64,000 bases of DNA from a virus. Position numbers and translations under genes: made by a program. Every line of letters starts with the position of its first letter. The stretch's first letter is position 1. Under the pieces are notes generated by a model that did not search any database, was not told the origin of the DNA, and saw only the letters and a program-made list of their open reading frames with translations. The DNA is taken from positions 32,001-96,000 of the IMG/VR virus record IMGVR_UViG_3300020392_000008. The stretch is one strand, 5' to 3'. Positions 11,457 through 22,500 of this stretch are shown here, piece after piece.

Positions 11457-12095
11457 ATGGCATTAATAATAACATCAGAAATACCAACCAGTGCTGGAGT
11501 AACAAACCAAGCATTTTTAATAATAGAAAAAACTAGTTACGCAATTGATCAACTTGCTCTTAGATATGGTACTGACACTTTATCTGTTAGTACTAGGTTA
11601 TACTTAAATAAAGAATCTTGGGAGTCAGATCCTACATCTTCATGTGTATCCAATAGTGTACTTGAATCATTTTCATTTCAAGGAGGTGCTAGTCCAGATA
11701 TACTATTCCCCCTTAAAGATAGTATTCCCCTTTTAGAAGCTTGTTATGATTTAGTTAAGCAAGAACTTGAAGCAATAGGGTTAAACGTTGAATATGGAGA
11801 TGATACTGACGCTAGAATATCAGAAAAAATGCGAGACTGGAGAGAGGGAAATAAAAAAGATATAGCTAACGCTAAACAACGTGAGACTGATAGATTAGTA
11901 GCATTAAACGAAGCGGCAGAAAGAGAAGCTCGTGAATCTTTAGAAGCCGCTCAAGCTAAAAAAGATGCTGAAGCTGAACAAGCTGCAATCGACGCCGAAG
12001 TTGCTAAAAAAGCAGAAGCCGAAGCTGAAAAAGAAAAAGCTGAAGCTGAACAAGCTAAAAAAAATAAAGAAGATTCTAACGAAGGTTACGCCTAA
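11457..12095 (+). CDS. hypothetical protein, possible tail-fibre accessory protein, with Ala/Glu/Lys-rich tail
   Basis: Directly follows the fibre gene; low-complexity helical C-terminus. Confidence 0.5.
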   Translation: MALIITSEIPTSAGVTNQAFLIIEKTSYAIDQLALRYGTDTLSVSTRLYLNKESWESDPTSSCVSNSVLESFSFQGGASPDILFPLKDSIPLLEACYDLVKQELEAIGLNVEYGDDTDARISEKMRDWREGNKKDIANAKQRETDRLVALNEAAEREARESLEAAQAKKDAEAEQAAIDAEVAKKAEAEAEKEKAEAEQAKKNKEDSNEGYA

Positions 12096-12913
12096 AGAAA
12101 GTCTTCTGATAGTTTAAAAGGTAATATATTTTCGTCTATTAAAATATCAAGCGCGTTCTCTAAAAGATTTGGGTCAAATCTATTGTCATTAGCCATTAAT
12201 TTATTAAGAAGAATAGTGTTTTTTATAGAATCAGCCACTATATCTAAATCTAATTCCTTTTCTTTACAAATACAAAAAAGTAAATTTATATCAGGATCAA
12301 GTTTATTTAATTCCTTGTTATCTATTTTTTCTATTACGTCTTTAATAGGTGTTTCTTCGATATTATCTACTTTTAAAGTTTCTACTTTAAAAAATTTATA
12401 ACCTTTTGTATATCGCTTATCCATTTTTAATTTCCATATGTTATATGTTGAAGTTTCATTTATGTTTATAATAACATACACTTCATTTAAAAATTGAATT
12501 TCACTGTTTACATAATATATGTTAAAGTTTTTTATATTAAAAATTTCACATTGTTTTTCTAGGTAATCTATACATAGGTTTCTAAATACTTCGTTGGCCT
12601 TTTTAACTGTTTCGCCAGATTCATTATCTGTTTTATAAAAAGAAGATAATTCATTAGATATCTCTATAATTCTATCGTTTCTCCAAGAAGATTTCATTTT
12701 AAAATTAAACATGTTTCCATCTAATACTAAATTATTTAGGTTTAAATAATGAAAAAGGATTTCATAAAAATACTCGTTATTTCCATTCTCTAATTCATTA
12801 GTGTATTTTTGTTCAGCAGCCTTTAATACATACGTAAAGTATTCAGAATCTATATAATCCTTTTTAGTTATCCACATTGGATCTAGTATGTGTTTAGACT
12901 TCAAAACCAACAT
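12092..12913 (-). CDS. hypothetical protein (likely start MLVLKSK at 12913)
   Basis: Long ORF; ATG at 12913 is preceded by an AATATATA late-type motif and an A-rich leader. Confidence 0.6.
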   Translation of the reverse strand: MLVLKSKHILDPMWITKKDYIDSEYFTYVLKAAEQKYTNELENGNNEYFYEILFHYLNLNNLVLDGNMFNFKMKSSWRNDRIIEISNELSSFYKTDNESGETVKKANEVFRNLCIDYLEKQCEIFNIKNFNIYYVNSEIQFLNEVYVIININETSTYNIWKLKMDKRYTKGYKFFKVETLKVDNIEETPIKDVIEKIDNKELNKLDPDINLLFCICKEKELDLDIVADSIKNTILLNKLMANDNRFDPNLLENALDILIDENILPFKLSEDFL

Positions 12914-13024
12914 ATTTATTTTTATATATTCTACAACAAAACAGCCTATTGGTTCTATCATAAATTGGGTATTAATTAATTAAATATATAAACATATAGA
13001 GCATAAACATAATACCTTGTATAT

Positions 13025-15184
13025 ATGAACATTACCATAAAAATAATACCTGAAGCAGGTTCAAATAATTTAACATTTAGTAAAAATTTTAGAATATTTT
13101 CAATAGCAGAACCTATTAGGGGAATAACTGGAATAGTAGATATATTAGAGGACTTAGAAATATCTTCTTCAAGTGGCGTAGACATATCTAATTTAAAAAG
13201 ATTTTTTAGATATTCATGCAATAATATAGATTGGTCCCTATGGTATGGATTTACCCCAATTAGTATTGACCCAAACGGTCTTGATTCTATAAAAGATATA
13301 GAATTAGACCCAGAGCAATGTATTCATATAGAGATAAAATACGAATATGACGATGGTACTTTTGAGGAACTAGACAGTGTAATACAAATAGATGAAATAA
13401 AAATAAGAGGTAAAAGAAATGACCCAGGTTTACCAAATGTATTAACGCCTGAAATAGCATGTACTGATGAAAAATGTCCGGCTTTAATTTTTGAGAGAGA
13501 AGCAAGCTTTAGGCCATATCAAGTAGATAGTGCAATTGGAATATACAAGGAATTAAGTTTTCACACTAATAAAATATTTGGACACGAAGTTGTTTATTTT
13601 AGAACAGTTCCAGAGTCAGACAGTGGAGATTATATATTTAAGGAATGGACGCTTTACAAAAACGTAGATAGAAAATGTGTAAAAATACTTGTACCAGATA
13701 ATAATTTTCCAGATAATAAACCCAAGTTTTCTGAGTTTGGAATAGACTTTGAAGTGCCCTTTGAAATACACATTGACCACAGATATTTTCAAACTATTTT
13801 TGGAAATGAATCAGAACCTAGAAAGAGAGACTTTCTTTATTTTCCATTAATCAATAGAATGTTTGAGATACAGGGTTCTTATTTACACAGAGGTTTTATG
13901 ATGGAACCTAGTTATTGGAAAATACAACTTTATAAGTTTAATCCAAATATAGACATGTTAATGAAAGATGAAAACCGTCAATACATGGATAATATTATAA
14001 CAAGCGCTGAAGAATTGTTTGCAGAAGAAGTAAAAGAAGACATCGAGGACGCTACAATGCCTGAACAATATGAAACTATATCTAGAAAATACGATATCAC
14101 TAGGGGCTCTATTCACCCTGATCTTAAAATAAAAAATATAAAGTTTAATTTTAATTATGCCCCATTAATGGAAAACTATTACGATCTTAGTGGAATAGAA
14201 GCAACTTTAAATCTTTATGATTTAACCAGCGGATCCCCATTATTGTCTACGTCTCAAGAGGTAGTTACAGTACAGGGAACTGTTAATAATAAAAAACAAT
14301 TTGAAGTTATTAGAGCATATCAAGAAAGTCCAATATTTAAAACCTGGCAAAATAACTCATTAATGACAAATGATAAAAATGTTTTAGGAATAGACGTTAA
14401 GTATTTAAGAGTAAGGGGACCATTTGATACAATACCCGACCATATTGGTCAATCTGAATCTGGTAGATATTTACAGTTAGAAGCATATAAAGATTTAAGC
14501 TTTTCTACCCAAAGAAATATTATGATAAATGACCCCGGAGGTGCACAACCTCAGGTAGGTTTAAAACTAAGAGAAACATCTATAGTATATAATAGATTGC
14601 CAGAGTTTGGCACAGAGGAAATAGATAATTTATCCTATACAAGTATGTTTAATGTTCCATCAGATTCAGAAATAGTTAGTTTTATAAACGGATATGATAA
14701 TGAATCACAATCAGGCTTATATGTATATGCTCAATTTAATAAATACACTAATGATGAACCTGAAGGCGATTTGATTTTAAATATTAAAGTTAACGATATA
14801 TTAAAAACTTACACACTGTCTGGTTTTGAATCAGGGAAATGGCATTCAACTGTTATATCTATATCTAATGAGTTTAATCAAATGGGAGTTTACGTATATA
14901 AAACAATTGAAGACCCTTCTGATTTGTCTAATCATTCTGATTTTAGTAAAATATTTGAAAATATATCATCTATGCAAGATCAGTCTTTTAAATTAGATCA
15001 ACCTTATACTATACCTACTTCTAATTTAAAAATATCTAACATTAGGTTATTCAAGACTATGATTAAAGAAGAACAACACGATTTTATATTAAGTCAACAA
15101 TTTATTAAAGACGAATCTATGTTATTGTTAATAGATAATTGTAGACCTCAGGTCAAAGTACCTTTCATAACTAGAAATAGATAA
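13025..15184 (+). CDS. neck/head-completion protein, T4 gp14-like, with N- and C-terminal extensions
   Basis: KFSEFGIDFE...RDFLYFPLINRMFEIQ...YWKIQLYKF resembles the gp14 core; adjacent to a gp15-like gene. Confidence 0.7.
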   Translation: MNITIKIIPEAGSNNLTFSKNFRIFSIAEPIRGITGIVDILEDLEISSSSGVDISNLKRFFRYSCNNIDWSLWYGFTPISIDPNGLDSIKDIELDPEQCIHIEIKYEYDDGTFEELDSVIQIDEIKIRGKRNDPGLPNVLTPEIACTDEKCPALIFEREASFRPYQVDSAIGIYKELSFHTNKIFGHEVVYFRTVPESDSGDYIFKEWTLYKNVDRKCVKILVPDNNFPDNKPKFSEFGIDFEVPFEIHIDHRYFQTIFGNESEPRKRDFLYFPLINRMFEIQGSYLHRGFMMEPSYWKIQLYKFNPNIDMLMKDENRQYMDNIITSAEELFAEEVKEDIEDATMPEQYETISRKYDITRGSIHPDLKIKNIKFNFNYAPLMENYYDLSGIEATLNLYDLTSGSPLLSTSQEVVTVQGTVNNKKQFEVIRAYQESPIFKTWQNNSLMTNDKNVLGIDVKYLRVRGPFDTIPDHIGQSESGRYLQLEAYKDLSFSTQRNIMINDPGGAQPQVGLKLRETSIVYNRLPEFGTEEIDNLSYTSMFNVPSDSEIVSFINGYDNESQSGLYVYAQFNKYTNDEPEGDLILNIKVNDILKTYTLSGFESGKWHSTVISISNEFNQMGVYVYKTIEDPSDLSNHSDFSKIFENISSMQDQSFKLDQPYTIPTSNLKISNIRLFKTMIKEEQHDFILSQQFIKDESMLLLIDNCRPQVKVPFITRNR

Positions 15185-15194
15185 ATAATAATAT

Positions 15195-15977
15195 ATGAAT
15201 ACAGATAATCAAAACGTAAGAAACAATAACACACAGGATATATTCTTAAGAAATGCTGTGCTATCTTTATTAGATGTTTTAAATAGGGAAATTATAGTTG
15301 ACCTTGTTAGAGATGGAAAAATAGAAAAACATGAAATACCTTTTTTCTATAATATGGCAGCCGATGAAGGTTTTATGAAAGATTTTTTTATACAAGTACC
15401 AGATGGTTGTAAAGTTCCAGTAGTAGCTGAAGGAAATTACGATATTGTCCCTAGAGGAATCATAACACTTAATTCTTTTCAAATAAAATCTAGTGACATT
15501 ACTAATAAATTTGTAAGAGGTAGTTTTAATCAACAGGTTTTAGATGACAATGAGCAAAAGGTAAATAAAGCCTTTTCAGCACGTTTATATAGCCTACCTA
15601 TGTCACTTAAATTTTCTGCAAAAATATTATGTGATAATCTAAATAAAACGTTTAAAATAATTGAAAGATTGATTGATCTTTTTTATAAAAACAGGGTTGT
15701 TTATTTTCAATATAAAGGTGTTAGAATACCTGGACAGTTTACTTTTCCAGAAACAGAGGCATTTGAAAAAAAATACGATTTTGATTACACAACCGATCAG
15801 CGAGTAAATATATCCTTTGATATAGAAATGGAAACTTACTTCCCAAGCTTTAATGAAGATAGTGTATTCTACAAAGGAAATACTATAAGACAAATTAATA
15901 TGAACACTAAGTTGGAAGATACTGGAGTAAACATAGATAGTTCTTTTATAGATGAAGATCATCCACCTAGCGAGTAA
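15195..15977 (+). CDS. tail sheath stabiliser/terminator, T4 gp15-like
   Basis: EIPFFY...VPRGIITL...LPMSLKFSAKI...IIERLIDLF pattern; follows gp14-like gene. Confidence 0.65.
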   Translation: MNTDNQNVRNNNTQDIFLRNAVLSLLDVLNREIIVDLVRDGKIEKHEIPFFYNMAADEGFMKDFFIQVPDGCKVPVVAEGNYDIVPRGIITLNSFQIKSSDITNKFVRGSFNQQVLDDNEQKVNKAFSARLYSLPMSLKFSAKILCDNLNKTFKIIERLIDLFYKNRVVYFQYKGVRIPGQFTFPETEAFEKKYDFDYTTDQRVNISFDIEMETYFPSFNEDSVFYKGNTIRQINMNTKLEDTGVNIDSSFIDEDHPPSE

Positions 15978-15979
15978 AC

Positions 15980-17140
15980 ATGGAGATAAGAAAAAAATAC
16001 AATATAGAACTTCCAAAAGACATTCTAATGATACGAGATGTATTTAAAAAGAATGGCTATAAATTATATTTAGTAGGAGGCGCCGTTAGAGACGCGGTAT
16101 CTGGGATCACTCCTAAAGATTACGATTTAGCAACAGACGCGTTACCAGATGAGGTAGATAAAATGCTTTCTCCAATTTATAAAATGTTACCTATAGGAGA
16201 AAAATTTGGCATATGGCTTGCCATAACACCTAGTGGTGAATTTGAAATTGCTACTTTTAGAAAAGACGTAGGTACTGGCCGTAGACCAGATTCGGTTGAG
16301 TTTACAACTATAGACCAAGATGTTCTTAGAAGAGACTTAACAATAAATGCGTTATTCTATGATATTGAAAAACAAGAAATAGTTGATTTAGTTGGAGGAA
16401 TAGAAGATCTTAAAAATGGGGTAGTCAAATCCGTTGGCAATCCGGCTGATCGATTCGAAGACGATAAATTAAGAAAACTCAGAGCAATTCGTTTTGCCGG
16501 AGTAACAGGGTCTGAATTAGACAGAGAAATCCACCAATATTTATTAAAGGACCCTGGGCTTGAAGAAATCTCAGCGGAAAGAATAAGGGATGAGTTTTTA
16601 AAAGGTATAGCTAAATCATCTTCAGTTGTTTATTTTATGAACCTTTTAGATAAGTATAATTTTTTTAATTCAATATTTCCTAATTTAAATATAAATGCAA
16701 AATACGTAGAAGAAAAAGATTACATAATAAACCTAGCAACTCTTCTTAAAGAAAACGATTCAATTGAACTTAAAGATGTTTTAAATAAAGTAACTTATTC
16801 TAATGAAGAAATTAAAAACATATTATTTCTAAAATCTCTTGTTCACTTAAATGAAGAAAATGCACTTAACATTAAAAAGTCTCAATACAATACTTCTGTT
16901 ACAGATGAGCAAATATTAAAATTTGCTAAATTAAATGAACTAGATGAAAAATTAATACGTACTTTTATTCAATATATACCTAGTATAAGTGGAAAAGACG
17001 TAATGGATAAGATGAATATTAAAGGTGGACCTGAAGTTGGCGAATATATAAAAAAAATGGAAGCTGATATATTTAAAGACTTGATGTCAAATGAATCTTA
17101 CCGTTTTAAATACATAAAAGAATTTATAAGTTATGAATAA
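15980..17140 (+). CDS. cca: tRNA nucleotidyltransferase (class II CCA-adding/poly(A) polymerase family), no HD domain
   Basis: LYLVGGAVRD, KDYDLAT (DxD), EIATFR, RRDLTINA, RFEDDKLRKLRAIRF, ISAERIRDE motifs. Confidence 0.92.
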   Translation: MEIRKKYNIELPKDILMIRDVFKKNGYKLYLVGGAVRDAVSGITPKDYDLATDALPDEVDKMLSPIYKMLPIGEKFGIWLAITPSGEFEIATFRKDVGTGRRPDSVEFTTIDQDVLRRDLTINALFYDIEKQEIVDLVGGIEDLKNGVVKSVGNPADRFEDDKLRKLRAIRFAGVTGSELDREIHQYLLKDPGLEEISAERIRDEFLKGIAKSSSVVYFMNLLDKYNFFNSIFPNLNINAKYVEEKDYIINLATLLKENDSIELKDVLNKVTYSNEEIKNILFLKSLVHLNEENALNIKKSQYNTSVTDEQILKFAKLNELDEKLIRTFIQYIPSISGKDVMDKMNIKGGPEVGEYIKKMEADIFKDLMSNESYRFKYIKEFISYE

Positions 17141-17582
17141 AAAGCACATAAAATTGTACGAAAACTTTGATTTAAACGATGATAGTTATACAGAAATAAT
17201 TGACAAAAACGTATATCAAAGAGTAAGTGTATATAATTCTCCAGAAGAAACCAGTCAATGGGGAGACTCTATAGACAGTGATTCCGAAATAGAGCTAAAC
17301 AGAGTTGTTGTTAAATTTAATTTAGACATAAATTATAAACGCAGTGGAATAGAAGACATTACATTTAGATTAATTTCTATCGCATTAGACGGATCAATAA
17401 TAGACTATGATGGTAATGAAATAGAAAACTTTGATATAGTAGATGATGACATATCTTATGAAAAATATGAAACACAAATGGGAACGTTTCCACTATATTT
17501 AGGAGATATAGAAATAAACATGAACAAAACATTTGATACTAGCAAATGGAAATACGAAATAGCAATTGGTAACTTTAGATAA
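17133..17582 (+). CDS. acidic hypothetical protein with N-terminal CTS-like tag
   Basis: ORF overlapping the cca stop; begins MNKKHIKLYENF. Confidence 0.6.
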   Translation: MNKKHIKLYENFDLNDDSYTEIIDKNVYQRVSVYNSPEETSQWGDSIDSDSEIELNRVVVKFNLDINYKRSGIEDITFRLISIALDGSIIDYDGNEIENFDIVDDDISYEKYETQMGTFPLYLGDIEINMNKTFDTSKWKYEIAIGNFR

Positions 17583-17584
17583 TT

Positions 17585-18133
17585 ATGATTTTAAATGTAA
17601 GAAATAATAGCTTTGTATTTTTATTCCCTGAGAATTTTTTTACAAATTCAATTAAAGAAAAATATAAAGATTACTATCAAAGTTTAATACTTCCATATGA
17701 TACTATTGATGATTTTATGTCATCCACTGTTCAGCAGATAGATTTTCCATCTTGGAATATGCCAACGGCCGAACAAACTAGGCCCTTAGGTAAAAGACAA
17801 GACTATAAAAGTTCAAAACCACTAAAGGAATTATTTAACAGGGAAATTACTATAACTATGAAAATATCTGACGCTTATCTTAATTATTTTATTTTCTTAG
17901 AAAATTCATTAGAATTTTTAGATTTTTCAAATAAAAAACAAACACTTTCCCCTATAAGATTAATGATGTTGAATAATGAAGGATATTCAGTGTCTTCTAT
18001 TATATTTAATAATCCAATATTAACATCACAATCGGGCATTAAATTATCTTATAGTTCAGTAACACCTCAATTTAATACTTTTGACATAAAGTTTAAATAC
18101 TTTGATTTTGATTTAAAAGTTGATTTTAACTAA
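17585..18133 (+). CDS. tail tube-fold protein (T4 gp3/gp19-like tail completion)
   Basis: STVQQIDFPSW...ITITMKISDAYLNY...FDIKFKYFDF pattern typical of the gp3/tube family. Confidence 0.55.
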   Translation: MILNVRNNSFVFLFPENFFTNSIKEKYKDYYQSLILPYDTIDDFMSSTVQQIDFPSWNMPTAEQTRPLGKRQDYKSSKPLKELFNREITITMKISDAYLNYFIFLENSLEFLDFSNKKQTLSPIRLMMLNNEGYSVSSIIFNNPILTSQSGIKLSYSSVTPQFNTFDIKFKYFDFDLKVDFN

Positions 18134-18611
18134 TTTCAATTCTTTCTTTTTGAATACTATATAATTTATTAAGGGTTAATAAATGAAACATGCATATTGC
18201 TAATATTCCAACTATTTCGGCTACTAATAAACTAAATGGTAAAAATAAAAGCCCAGAAAAATATACCCATTTACAAAATTTATAATTATTTGAAACATAT
18301 AATGGGTAAATGCAACACCCAAAAAATATTATTGCAAAAATATTATGTAAATCGGGATACATACTTACTGAAAAAGAAGTTACTAATAATAAGCAACACG
18401 CCGAAGCTCTCCATTTAGGTATACCTACTAAGTAATATGCTGTTAAAGAATTAGCTATAATAAAAATAGGTTGGGCCTCGGTGTTCCAATATTGAGATAT
18501 CGATTTTTCATAACCCGAAAATAATAAGCAAATAAATGGAGAAAAAGCAGCGAAGAGAACTACGCAAACTCTTAACAAGTAGTCAAACCTGGTTATATTT
18601 CCACTAATCAT
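18126..18611 (-). CDS. multi-pass membrane protein
   Basis: 5-6 hydrophobic segments; SISQYW and LHNIFA motifs. Confidence 0.65.
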   Translation of the reverse strand: MISGNITRFDYLLRVCVVLFAAFSPFICLLFSGYEKSISQYWNTEAQPIFIIANSLTAYYLVGIPKWRASACCLLLVTSFSVSMYPDLHNIFAIIFFGCCIYPLYVSNNYKFCKWVYFSGLLFLPFSLLVAEIVGILAICMFHLLTLNKLYSIQKERIEIS

Positions 18612-18694
18612 TTCCTGTTTTCATAATATAAATTTTAGATTATAGAGAAGATCTATAATTTTATTTATCTTATGCACAAGAAACTTTTATTATG

Positions 18695-18946
18695 TTAAAG
18701 GTTACCTAGTCCTTTAAATGACGTTTCTCTCAAAACAACCTTAAGTAATCCAGATTTTTCAGCTTCTGTTTCAATTATAGGGTATTCATCCGAAGCAGCA
18801 TCGTTTATCATGCTTATCGCGTCGGTTAAATTTTCACTAACAGGTTCGTTGATTTGTATTGCAATTCCTAACTTTCCAGTGTCTATGACATGTTTAATTA
18901 TTGTTCCAACCGTTTCTAATTTTGTTTCTAATTTTTCCCAATCCAT
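18695..18946 (-). CDS. hypothetical protein
   Basis: 83-aa ORF coupled to the upstream fibre-associated gene. Confidence 0.55.
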   Translation of the reverse strand: MDWEKLETKLETVGTIIKHVIDTGKLGIAIQINEPVSENLTDAISMINDAASDEYPIIETEAEKSGLLKVVLRETSFKGLGNL

Positions 18947-18948
18947 TT

Positions 18949-19575
18949 TTAAGTATAAAATAATTTTACGTTTGCTAAATTGTTTGTTTGTCTTTTTGTA
19001 AATCCAGTTGATCCGCTAGGATAAGAATTATCTCTATACCCTTGAATCATTACATTATTTGAAGTACTTCCGACGTTGCTGTATCTTATAGATGGGTACC
19101 CATAATCATAATCTCCCCAGCGGTTTTCCCATTTAATTATAAGATTATAAGAATTATTATAATTAAAATTAGTATCAAATGGATATTCTCTCCAGCCATC
19201 GTTTCCGCTAAAATTAACACTGAAATTACTTTTAACGGTTGTTACGTTAAAAGGCGATGCTGAACTAAGCGATTCATTATTTGAAGAAAAACTAGAAGAA
19301 TTAGTATGCGCAAGTATAAGTGTCTGATTAGTAATAGACGGTGTAACTGGTGGATATGGATCATCGTCTAGTTTATAATAAAACGCTAATTTATTAAAAG
19401 TGTAATTTCCACCTATGCTAGCCGCTGGTATAATCATACCTAAATAACCATATTCATACAAATAATATGCAGGCTGATATACTGAAGTATTAGTCTCTGA
19501 ACCTATGGTAATATCACCTGGCACGGTAGGATTTGTCCTAGATCCCTGGTTTAAAAATTGAGGCATATGTATCAT
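18949..19575 (-). CDS. probable tail-fibre tip/adhesin
   Basis: Overlaps fibre stop (ATGA); Tyr/Asn-rich beta protein with GWREYPFDTNFNYNNSYNLII motif. Confidence 0.55.
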   Translation of the reverse strand: MIHMPQFLNQGSRTNPTVPGDITIGSETNTSVYQPAYYLYEYGYLGMIIPAASIGGNYTFNKLAFYYKLDDDPYPPVTPSITNQTLILAHTNSSSFSSNNESLSSASPFNVTTVKSNFSVNFSGNDGWREYPFDTNFNYNNSYNLIIKWENRWGDYDYGYPSIRYSNVGSTSNNVMIQGYRDNSYPSGSTGFTKRQTNNLANVKLFYT

Positions 19576-22500
19576 GATGGTACAGAATAATTTTGCGCAA
19601 AGTTAGCATACATGTCTACTCCATCATAATAGAATACAACAGTATCTATTGCATTTGCCCCGGCGGATAGAGATATGGCTGTTCCTCCTGGCCATTTTAC
19701 ATTACCTCCAGTGAGTGTCCATGTATCTATTTCTACTGGGCTAGAACTCTTTTGCTTTATTTTTAAAAAGTATGTTCCTCCCTGTTTAGCATTATCAAAA
19801 GTTACTGCTACGGGACCTGTTGCATTTGCTAAATCTAAAGATTGACCATTACCGGTATCACAATCAAATACAGTGGCGTTATTTGCTACGGTCATGCTAC
19901 CTTGAGCAGCAGTTATTTGTCCATTCGATGCTTCTAAATTACCGTTTGGTATTTGTACATTATCATCTGTATCTATCTTTAACGTTGTAGTTGAAGGGGA
20001 TGGACTAGTAGTTATATCATCTCGTGTAATTTTTAAACAATCGTCACCGCCATCTGAATATAGCTGCCAACGTCTACCGTTAGCTTCATTAAATTGAAGA
20101 ACTGCGTAGCTAGATGTATTGGAATCTATTACAAATCTAGAATAGCCTCCGTTGCTTTCTAGTTTAGTAGTGATATTATTTGCGCTAAATACATGAAGAG
20201 GATATCCTGGAGTATCTGTTCCAATACCAAAATATTTGTTTGAATTATCCCATGTAAAATCAGTGTCTCCCTGTAACTCTCCCATTGTTCCGACAAAAAG
20301 CACTTTTTTGGCATCTGCACTACTTGATGAACTGCTTAACGTTTGACCAATATATGGTGCTCCATTTTCCCAACTTGCATTACCATTAGCATCACTTGTA
20401 AGTACGTAGCCATCTTCCTCAGTTCCATCTACTAGTTTTAATGCATAGTTATTTGTTCCACCTGTTACGGATATATCTATTCCTATATTAGTTGTAGCAT
20501 CCGTATCTATATTAATACTTTGGCCCCTTGATGTAGTAAGAGTCGCTCCATTTGTACTTTCTATTTCTATTTCATTACCTAGTATAGAAGTTGCTTGTGC
20601 ACCGGGATCTATATAAATCTTGCTACCTATGTTAATTGTTGCGTTTCCGCCAACGCTTATAAGACTACCCATTATACTATTTACGTAAGTATCTGACATA
20701 GTAGTAGAAACTCCATATACATTAGTTTGCCCAGTGTTATGTGCACCGCCGGAAGAATTCTTTATTAAATATTTTGATTGCAGAGAATTAACAGCATTAT
20801 TGCTATTCATTATACCTACTGCAGAACTTTTATTATTAGTTAAATCACTAGTTATACTATTTACTATACCCACGTTAGCGTTATTCACAGTGGTAGGTCC
20901 TGAATATCCAACGGTATTTCTTATTCCATAAGTACCTTCATTAGTTGCACCTTGGCTAAGGTCTGTATGTAAATCTAAAGCTACACTGTAATCGTTTTCT
21001 GGACTAAATCCACCCGCTACTTTTCTTATATCTACGCCTATTTCTTCACTATCACTACTAATTAAAAATAGTTTATTTGAAGATACATTAGCGCCTATTG
21101 CTACTCTTATTCCATCATCTTTTATGGTTCCAGTAGCTAAATTATTATTAACGTCTTCCCTAAGAGTAGTGTTTGCTGTTCCTCCTGTAATACTATCCCC
21201 TATTGTAAGGCTTCCTCCTGTTGGTATGGCCTGAGCTGATAGAATACCGGTAGCACTTGCTACTACCATTCTAGTACCTGTTCCAGAGAGACTTGACATT
21301 TCTATAATGCTGTCTTCGTCTATTACAAATCCCGTATCGGTGTTACCTGAAGAATCAGTCGTCAGCATTTGTATTTTATTTCCTGCTTCTTTATTTGCTA
21401 TTATAAGATTATCATTAGCTGTACTTCCATATCCTACATAGCCTTTTTCACCAGATCCATCATAAAATTCTAAATAGTTTTTACCAATGGCCTCGGTAGT
21501 TTCTAATTTAAGTATTGAACTAGAACCCTTAACATGAAGTTCTCTATCTGGAGCATTTGTACCTATACCTACGTTTCCTTCGGCATTTATTCTCATTCTT
21601 TCGCCTACTAAATCCTGAGGGTTAGCTCCTTCTAAGGATGGAGTTAATCCAGTTGCAGTTGCAAATATTATTGAACTATCAGCATTTGATGCCTGTATTC
21701 CACCTATATAACTCTTAACACCGCCTCCACCGCCACCGGTGGCGGTGTTTTCATTACTAAAGAACTCAATTTTACCTATAAATTGTTCCTGAAATGATGT
21801 AATGACAGTATCATTGTCTCTAAATCTTAATGTATTATCTAATGCATACGTATTTCCTGCTGAGTATAACTCTAATTTTGTAGCCGGGTTATAAGTTCCT
21901 ATACCTACTAGGCTTGAACCCATTACCATTTTAGCACGCTCTAGGTCTTGATTAGTTAGTTCTATTTCTAAATCCTGTGTTCCTCCAAAAGTAGATGCTG
22001 CAAGCGTTATAATATCTCCAGCTCTAAATCCGCTTCCCTGAGCTGTTTTGGCGTTGTTGCCGCCTGCAGATTGGTATCCACTGCTAACTAGTATTGAGGT
22101 TGCAATTCCTCCTGATATAACTACTGTTAATCTTAAACCTGTTGCGTCTACATTATTTACTGTAACCCCAGGCGTAACTCCAACTACTAGATTATCTATA
22201 TTTGTACTATCTGTTGCTCCATTAAAGTTTGTTGTAACTGATCCTATTAAATCTTTTCCAAATTCAATAGAACCAAGCGCTCTAACAGTCATTATAATAT
22301 CTCCAGCATTTGAATTAATATTTATAGATTCGCCGGCTTCTGGTCCAAGTGAATCTATTCCACCGGTATTGCTATCATCTAAACCATTATATGTATAAAT
22401 TCCAATTCGTCCTCCTTTTGACTGAATACTTAAATCTCCGCCCGCAGTGGTTGTCCCGGCGTTACCTGTTCTAATGTCAACTTTTCTTTTAGATTGTAAT

